Of a stretch of DNA of 64,000 bases, positions 56,101 to 64,000 are shown one piece after another. The position numbers were made by a program, and so were the translations under genes. Origin of the DNA: Takakia lepidozioides (lineage: Eukaryota > Plantae > Bryophyta); assembly GCA_030704615.1 (NCBI GenBank), contig CM060731.1, forward strand, positions 23,436,001 to 23,500,000. The letters are read 5' to 3'. Within the stretch, counting starts at the first letter, position 1; each line of letters starts with the position of its first letter. The notes under the pieces are model-generated. The model was not told the DNA's origin, searched no databases, and saw only the letters and a program-made list of their open reading frames with translations.

Positions 56101-58950
56101 CCGGATTCAGCAACAAATTTACGTACGTCATTTCTCCTGACAACCCAATCCCCTACCTGTGCTCTATCAGAATGCAGCTGCAATGAAATTGTCTTCCCAG
56201 ATATGTACGTCAAGCAGCATAGACAGGACAAAGAGTTTGAGCTTCATCCACTTCAAGGGCTTCTCAATGTTTTTTGATCCCACAACCATCCCACGTAGCA
56301 AGACACCACAAATGGAATTCTGCAGGTAACTTGTTGAATCTCCAATTTCACCGGGACTGTCACATCTAGCAGATATGGCGTATGGTCACAAGCCATAGCC
56401 ATACTTGTCATACGGTACAAGAGACTATAACCAAAGCCTGGAACTCTCTTCTCTTTCCCAACAAAGAGGGAGCTTCCAAGCTACCTTCTTCGAGAACGGT
56501 GGATGCGAGATGGAAAGGTCAAAACAGTCTCTAAACCATAAAAATGATTCCAATCTCTCTCCCCCTCTTGGGCCCTTGGGCCTCCCACGGACATTTTTCA
56601 TTCCTCCTGTCTTCCATAGGTCTCTGGATCTCCCATGAACATAATGAGCCCCACAGTAACATTTAGAGTCTTATGATGTGGTTTGCTTGTTATACATTAT
56701 CCCATGGGCCCACCGTGGACATTCTAAAGGTTCTCTTTTGTTGTCTTCATCATCTCTCTCTCTCTCTCTCTCTCTCGTTATAAAGCACCATTTTCGCAGC
56801 ACCATTTCATTTCATTTCTCTCCTGGAGTGTGCCATCTTTGGGCAACATTTTAGGCCTGCCTTTTCATCTCAAAAGGTCCTTCCTTCAAGTGCACAGGAC
56901 GAGCTGGACATATTTTGAAAACCTAAAACCACCATTTTGACTTATCAAAGCCTGCTTTGACTTACCGTTGTCGGTCTCATCATCATTGGTCCAAGGGTTG
57001 TCAATCTCGGTCCAACCTTGGAAAGCTCGCGTATCAAGAGTGCGATCTACAGCAGCTTGAGGTTTTCCCTCCTGACAAATCAAATCATCTGAGGGCAGGC
57101 CTTTGAAGGCCGTTGGAAACTCATGCTCTGGGCATTCACATACACTGCAATCACGCAGCTGGCACATGCCATCGTCGGGCCAGAATGGACAATCACACCA
57201 CAGCCTCACCTGCAGTCATTCCCCATGGTCCATGTGGGTCACCTAATGTTTTGTTCAGTCTCTGCTCAAGTACGGGGCTACATCAAGGTAGGGCACTGCT
57301 GGATACCCCTGTGTAGATGTGGCACACAAAGCAAAAGTTTTCAAACATCCATACAAACATTCCACATTTCATTGGAATAGAAATCTCTATAACAGCTCAT
57401 CATGGTCCAATCTAAGGACATCTTTCAGATGATATTGTAGATAGAGAGAGAGAAGACGCCGGCTTAACTAAGAGCCACTTCACTTACGGCTACTGCTTCC
57501 ATTCGTAGTTGCAGCTCAGAGGAAACCTAAGGACTTAAACTTCATAGACCACATGAGCCTTATACACATGCTGCAGGAGATAGTCCCAATGCGGCCTCTC
57601 AGAGGATTCACAAGCACATGGAATAAATCAGTTGATAGTTCAAAGGCAGTGGGTACTTTGCTGGAATTTCATGATAGATTGCGACGGACTAGTACATTTC
57701 CGCAGGGGAGAGTTCCCATCTCAAAAATAAGAATACCTTAAAGTAACGGAAGAAGGCTGTCTTCACAAGTTTCTGGAGAAGTGGATGAAGCAAATCTTTG
57801 TTTAGTGAATCAACTGTCTCATAGTCACAGCAGCAGTCCTCCACTACTCCCTGGAACTCCTGCAAACGCTGTGGTTATATCCTGCTTCAGTACCAGGGAA
57901 TCTCGGTCTCCATTGCCCTTCTCCTATACTCCCTAATTGTTGCCTCATGCAGGTAAAATTACTCAAACAAAAAGACAGGAAACATGAACTACTGGGATCC
58001 ACAAATTCATCTGGAGTCTATCACTGCTGGCATGCCTTTGTGTAACCATGTTACAGCACCAGCAGCAGTTTACAGCCTGGCAAGTATGAGAAAGTAATAT
58101 GCTGCTAGAGTATACAAAAGTAGTATCATCGCTTTATCACGTCCAATACCCTCAATCAAGCTTCCAACCCAACCTTCCTTCCCCCTGTCAGATTCACATC
58201 CCAACACATATCCAAAGAGACTTGACGCCCTAATTATCTGGGTTGCAACAATTTCCAACAGTTTGATCTTGTCACAGACCTATTTTGTATGTGCCGACAT
58301 GCTCCCTATCAGACAATCCATGCTTTGTGGCTCAAGTTCATACAAGTTCACTGCTGTGAAAGTCATGTTCTGATCCCCTTAAACCCTCAACCCCTAAATT
58401 ACTCATCTCACCTGTACGAAGCTCCCTTTTAGACGGAGCTTTGAAACTAAGCATTCCTTGTATAGCTTGAATGGCAGGCTTACTAAGAACTTTCAACGAA
58501 TCAAAACCAGAACGGTCATTCCTAGAAACGGTCCAATCCATGCACTGATTGACCTACAAATTGAGCAGATCGCCATAACTACGATCGTAGAAGGCAGTCT
58601 GTAGAACACTTGAAGCAAAATTTTCACATATGGAAGTCAAAAACATGTTTCTTTCAAGTTATACGAGAGGTCAGACCTACAGCGCGAGGAAAATTCTCTC
58701 CCTCTGGGTACTGCTAATCTGTTGGTGTCCGTTAGAAAGAGTTGGTTTTGGAAACCTGGCAGCGACACGAAGAAGAGGGTGCAGATGCAGGTGCAGGTGA
58801 CGAAGGATGAACAAGGGACGTGAAAGGGGACTGTGTGAAAGCGACAGCCAATACCGCCACCAGAATTCCTACAACAATCGCCTTTTGAAGCCAACCCATC
58901 TTCTTTCCATCCACCTTTGAGGACCTTCGCTCCGCATTTGCTTCACTCAT
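53102..58950 (-). CDS. ERO1: Endoplasmic reticulum oxidoreductin 1, 9 exons
   Basis: Exons about 58950-58756, 57859-57737, 57209-56966, 56136-56026, 55383-55265, 54778-54674, 54047-53845, 53637-53514, 53344-53102. Motifs [48 protein letters not shown] and LQRNEVIAL; N-terminal hydrophobic anchor. Confidence 0.95.
56380..56820 (+). mobile_element. Retroposon 3' remnant with (CT)n and (ATTTC)n tail in an ERO1 intron
   Basis: (CT)n at about 56753-56776, then CGTTATAAAGCACCATTT...CATTTCATTTC shared with 4307-4345. Left boundary approximate. Confidence 0.4.
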
Positions 58951-60004
58951 CTCTTTGTGAACGCAACCTCTCTATATCTGCCCTCTGTACCCTGACTGAT
59001 CTGTATATTTTCCTTCCTTCGTAAGGGTATGTCAGAAAATTCCCCCTTTCCCTTCTCTCCACTCCTTTATCCTCCGATGGACAACTGACAGGATCAGCAA
59101 CTGATCGCTCCCGGTGAAACCGAGAAAAACTCACTATATACAAGTTTTCAAGCTCCTTCATTCAATCGTCCTGCTACCTCTTCTCTAAACTGCCAGTCTT
59201 CGCAAATTTGTGGAGATGAGACCCGATCTGCTCAGAATTGTACCCTGCATTTGCTACAATCCCTGATGGGCAGGAGCGAGTGCCAGCTCTCTTCAATCAG
59301 ATTCAGTGCCGGAGATTTAGTGCCCTGCAAGCTCTGCTGATTTTGCTGCCATCCAGCCCGTGGCAACGCATCGCCAGCATGGCAGCCGATCACAGGTCCA
59401 GATGCATCATCAGCAACGCGGCATCTTATGAGTCGACCCGTTCGTTGTCACGTTGACTTGCGCTTTTGCGCCCTCTTTCCTTGGCACACCGCCAAAGACA
59501 GAGAGCCTGGCACACCACGACACGCACCTTCCCCCTTCATGCTCCTAAGAATACTTACATACTGTAGCGCCGCCTCTCAGATCGGTTTCTTCATTCTCTT
59601 TCTGTGCATGTCGGTGATGATTTCCATGCATCTTGCAATCCCTGTGTTCATACGGGTTGGTAAGTTCTCAGAAGCTGGGCTTTGCTTATTTTTAGTAGTT
59701 CCGGAGGATCTTCCCCTTTCAGAAAGATAACAGATCTGCAACAGAAAACCCATCTGAAGCCCAGATTTCTCACATGCTCCTCAAAGTACAGCTCGAAAAT
59801 TTCCACAGCACAACTTGGATTCCTCGCCCTGCCTCGGGCAATTCTGTAACTATCACCCGGGGCACTTTCCTAATCTGGGAATGGGGGGAGAAAGTTTTTT
59901 GGTGGGTCTTGGTAATTCATTTTCGAGTTTACCCTAAGCTCTACCCACTCTGAAATCCAGGAAAGTCTTTAGTGAGAATTTTAGCTTCTCCAACTGTTGT
60001 TTAA

Positions 60005-61241
60005 CCCCTAAAGGACAAGGGCCAATTTTTGCCAAGACCTCAAAAACTGGACCCCGGCCCTCTAAGACATTTATATCTTGAGATTTACTAAGGCCCTGTA
60101 AAACTAACCGTTGGATTATACTCTCAACTACCCCACCTACGACCACAAAAAATCCCTGTCTAACTCCAACCAGCAGATCCAAAGAATATAATGTCTAAAG
60201 TGGTGCAAAAAAAAAACATGAAGTAAATAAAGTGTTTTTCCTGACATGACACTCTCCAGAATCTGGTGCCCTGTCATATAAGACACCTTCCCTGCAAATT
60301 TCATCTTTTTCTGACATAATCTCAGGTATGCTAAAAATGGGGGGTCAAATTTGGGGTTTTCCTTCCGGCAGGAAAAAATGTTTGTTCAGAAAATTGAGGA
60401 AAACTTTTGAGCCGTTCATTTGGCAATCGCTCCGGTGGGAATGTTGTGGGTGGGTATGGCTTTTCCCCAAAAACATTTCGGGCGCCTAACTAGGTCTTTT
60501 TACCCCCTGCCTATGAGACTTGCAATTGCACCTATGTGGGCCTATAATTTTTGGCCAGTAGCCCTCTCTTGTGGAGGGTTTTAGGGTGTGCCTCATTCTA
60601 CCCGTCCCTAAATTGATTAAGCCTCCACCCCTCCCAAGGCATGTCCACCCCCCACCCAGGTTCGGGCCACCCCTATGTTTATTGGGTTTTGGGGTCACCC
60701 ACCCCACGTGGGTGAAAATGTCGAATAAGCATCTCCAGGCAGCTCTCGAGCTGCGCACCGCTGCGCATCAATTAAGTCTCCTCCTACGCTCCCCCATCCC
60801 CCCACCCCACAACAATAGGTTTGACACCAAACCTGGAGCTACCATCGCCATTGATTCCAGCTTGGGGATTAGGCATGGAGATATCCGTCGGCTGCGGGTG
60901 CCATTTAGGGGGCCAAGTGGCGCAATAAAGGGTGTTGGGAGACGCGCCACCCTGCCATGGGGGGTGCATGGAATTTCACCCTAACCTGACCTTAGTTGTC
61001 AGGTCACCCTCAAGGCAGGTTAGATGGTGAAAAGTGGCCTCAAAATCAGGAGTGTGGCAAACTCTACGCTCTCCACGTGGCAATTGCCAAGACATCACCA
61101 ATTGGGCAATGCCACATCATACCTGGCTTGATTTCCAATCGAATGAGCCTATGTGAGCCCACATCAAGCTTAACCTCGCAGATAACCAGCCTGTTTTCTA
61201 AACCCAACCGACCCAAGTTGGGTCGTTTTGACACTTAAGGG
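60005..61241. mobile_element. Non-autonomous piggyBac-like element
   Basis: TTAA|CCCCTAAAGGACAA ... TTGACACTTAAGGG|TTAA: imperfect TIR (10/14) with TTAA on both sides; no transposase ORF. Confidence 0.6.
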
Positions 61242-61599
61242 TTAAGTTGCTGGGAGTTGTTACTTGTTACCATAGTTTATATTGGTTTGCTGGAGCCTAC
61301 TTCTCCCAGTAAGTTTTGTTGGTGCATGTTTTCAGGGATGGGACTGCCACTGCTCAAATTGGAATTAACCTCAAGAGGGACAGCCCAAAGAATCTCTATA
61401 TAGAGTGTAGTACTAGCTGTGGCAATCAATGACCAAAAAATTTCCTTTCAACTTAACTCTTTCTGTGCCAAAATAAGGACAAATTGACCTGTGTGTGTAT
61501 CACAGCAGTCCATTATCTTTCATGCATGCTGCTTGTTTCACCAGTAATCCCCACAAGAACAACCGCCATTTTCAAAGTGGCGTAAAGGAAAAAAGCAAT

Positions 61600-62640
61600 A
61601 TTCCTGTGCCATTTGCGTAAATATCACAGAAGCATCCACAGCACACCCATGATGAGCATATCATGCAATAATTGCGTTCCATGAGACCAAATTTGTGAGC
61701 CATATTGTCAAACACACGCATGCATTCTTCATGTTCCATACATGGCAGCGAGGGCAGTCTCCAAAATGATGTCTGAAACAATTCCAGATTTGATCATGTC
61801 AGCATGGACCTTTTCGCCATTTTCCAAAGCTGCCAGGCTGGCACACACATTCAGAATGCAAATGAATGTGACCCTATCAAGCGTTACCCCTTTCTGTATC
61901 ATTTGCTCGTACATCTCCAAAGCTTGGATACCACACCCATGCGGAGTATATCCTGCCAACATTGTGTTCCATGAGACCACATTTTGTTGAGACATTGCAG
62001 AACACTAGACACGCACCCTTCATGCTCCCACATTCAGCATCAACAAGGACATTCTCCAGATTAATGTATGGTGCAATAAGCTTTAATGATGTCAGCATGG
62101 ACCTCTTTGCCCTTCCCAGGGCTGCCAAGCTAGCACATGCATTGAGAAGGCAGATGAAGGTGACCTTGTTCGGCCTTACCCCCTCGATTTTTCTCAGAAG
62201 TCTCAAAAGCCTCCATACCACACCCATGCTGCGCATACTCTGTGAGCAGTGCGTTCCATGAGAAGACATTCTGTTGAGCCATATTTTCAAACACTTGACA
62301 CTCATCCTCCAAACTCCCACGTTTGGCATACATGTTAACGAGGGCAAGTGTCCAGAAAAATACCTGATAAAATTCTGGGGCAGTAGCCGCAAGGTGAAGT
62401 GGCGTTTTAGTTGGCATACATGTTGACAAGGGTTCGGGCTACAACGATGCTTGGCGTGAGTCAGCTTTGGATCATGTGGGAGTGCACCTGCTTTCTTTCT
62501 GCTAGACCTTTCATCTCAATGAACTCCTGAGACAGACATATGTGTTGTAATCTGCCGAAATTCCTCCCTGATTCAAAGTATGCAGAGCCTCTTTCACTTG
62601 TCCTGCCTTACTTAGTGTCCTCCAATCCCAGTAGAGCAAA
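61600..62640 (-). pseudogene. PLS-class PPR pseudogene, same subfamily as 6783-10358
   Basis: KAGQVKEALHTLNQGGISADYNTYVCL, LVNMYAKRGSLEDECQVFENMAQQNVFSWNA and NVVSWNTMLAGY...TFICILNVCASLAALENGEKVH; many frameshifts. Confidence 0.88.
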
Positions 62641-63229
62641 AAGATTTTGGGTTGACTCCCTCTCTTGGTCCTCCTTCAACAGCAGTGGTCATGGTTGAGG
62701 TGCCTGTTTCAACCATGCCATCCTGCATGACTGAAAACTTCGTTACAAACCAAACTCACCAGCATACACCTCACATCTCCTATATACTGCACAGAAAGAT
62801 TGCTTCATGAGGACAGCTTCTTGCTACACCTTACCACAGTTTCGTTAGTTAATCTTCCACATCATGGCATGCAGGCCACAATCATACCAACCCAGACACC
62901 AGCTTCAATACCAGTACTTTTCTGTATCTACTAGAGTCGCTTTAAAACAACTGAATTCACCTTCACAGTGACAGAAAAGTTACAACATTAAACGCATCTG
63001 CAAAACTCCCCTGCTGTTATACCCTCCTATGCAGTCCACCCACGCAGCTTTTCTGCTCAATTCTTGTCAAGGGAGAGAAGAACTACCACTTCTTCACACT
63101 CCTTGGGATATCACTGGGTGGAGACTACATAGCAGGACATCTGTGAAAGTGAGTCTGAGCGGTCTGATTATAAATGAGAGGGACTGCCATACTGCAAGGG
63201 CACCAATGATCCACCTCCACCAGGGCTTG

Positions 63230-63860
63230 CCACAGAATTCTGCCAAGCTTCTTCTAGCTTCTCCACGTGACCATCTACCCATGCAGCCTTCAAGGAGCTG
63301 CCCATCCACAGTGCCTCATTGCTACTTCAGGAAAACACCACAATCCATGGTTGAAAGAAAATCTAGCTGCTTTCATGACACAAGGTCAATTAGAATGTGG
63401 TGAGGGCAACTTTTGAACACATTCCAGCCTGTTTTAAACTCTTACCAGTCATCCCTTTTTCATGTTGGGTTCTGCAAGTACGCTCATTGGGTGGATCCAT
63501 GATGGTTTGGAGTGATTTGAATGCCTATAAAGAGACAATCAGACAACAAGATGAACTGATCATCAATCCAAAAGGACCTCTTGTGTGTGCTGCTTATGTC
63601 TGTAGTCAGGTGATCTCCAATTGGTCTGTCAGGAGAACGGCGACTGTGCAGCTGAGCAACCATAGATTTAAACTCGGCCTTCTAAGACCAAGCTGACCCT
63701 CCCAAGTACCTTGTAAACACCAGGGAAAATACCATTTCATGATACTAACAGGAGCCCACATTTGCGGGATGGATAAATCTCTTCGCATCCTACATTAAGA
63801 AAGCCACACCTTGTGGTCCCACCATTGAGAAGGATCTTTCAAAAACTCGTGCCAGCTCTG
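63230..63860 (-). pseudogene. Degenerate OSB-type PDF motif exons upstream of the PPR pseudogene
   Basis: WHEFLKDPSQWWDHK|GT (63854-63810); AG|TNWRSPDYRHKQHTQEVL(+1)WIDD (from 63625); SNEALWMGSSLKAAWVDGHVEKL (about 63325-63255). Confidence 0.7.
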
Positions 63861-64000
63861 CTCCATGCTCCACAGTAGACCTTCGTGCCCGAAAATCCGA
63901 CAGCATCAACAGCTTGACGAGTTCGCTTATGGAGGAGTGCTAGTGAGCTGTCAACAACATTCATGCAGGTCACTTTGGGCTCCATTACACTCAACACAAA

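Noticed and set aside
59200-59700. ERSE/UPRE elements upstream of ERO1
   Set aside because: Only a bare ACGTG core; no CCAAT-N9/10-CCACG or full UPRE match.

Overview
Nuclear genomic DNA of a land plant, most likely a bryophyte-grade or other early-diverging lineage with organellar RNA editing (inferred from the many PLS/DYW-type PPR loci and spliceosomal introns). Intact multi-exon genes: a GT21 glucosylceramide synthase (85-5624, +), ribosomal protein eL18 (22115-23637, -), ERO1 (53102-58950, -) and a single-polypeptide tandem NADP-malic enzyme of about 1013 aa (35779-41481, +) whose two modules each carry a U12 AT-AC intron. A 1191-aa PLS-class PPR ORF (6783-10358, +) has two N-terminal OSB-type PDF ssDNA-binding motifs and a decayed E2/DYW tail. 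A second, pseudogenised locus (about 61600-63860, -) appears to share this PDF-plus-PPR layout. An intronless GNAT-fold gene (42615-43292, -) resembles fungal/protist rather than seed-plant proteins. The rest is TE- and pseudogene-rich: a 5'-truncated RTE/RTEX-like LINE inside an SPX pseudogene, a full-length decayed Copia element, two solo LTRs, piggyBac and hAT remnants, captured gene fragments (SPX, SnRK1), and a 3-4 kb inverted duplication with an internal re-inversion that carries Agenet and PPR-E/DYW pseudogenes.
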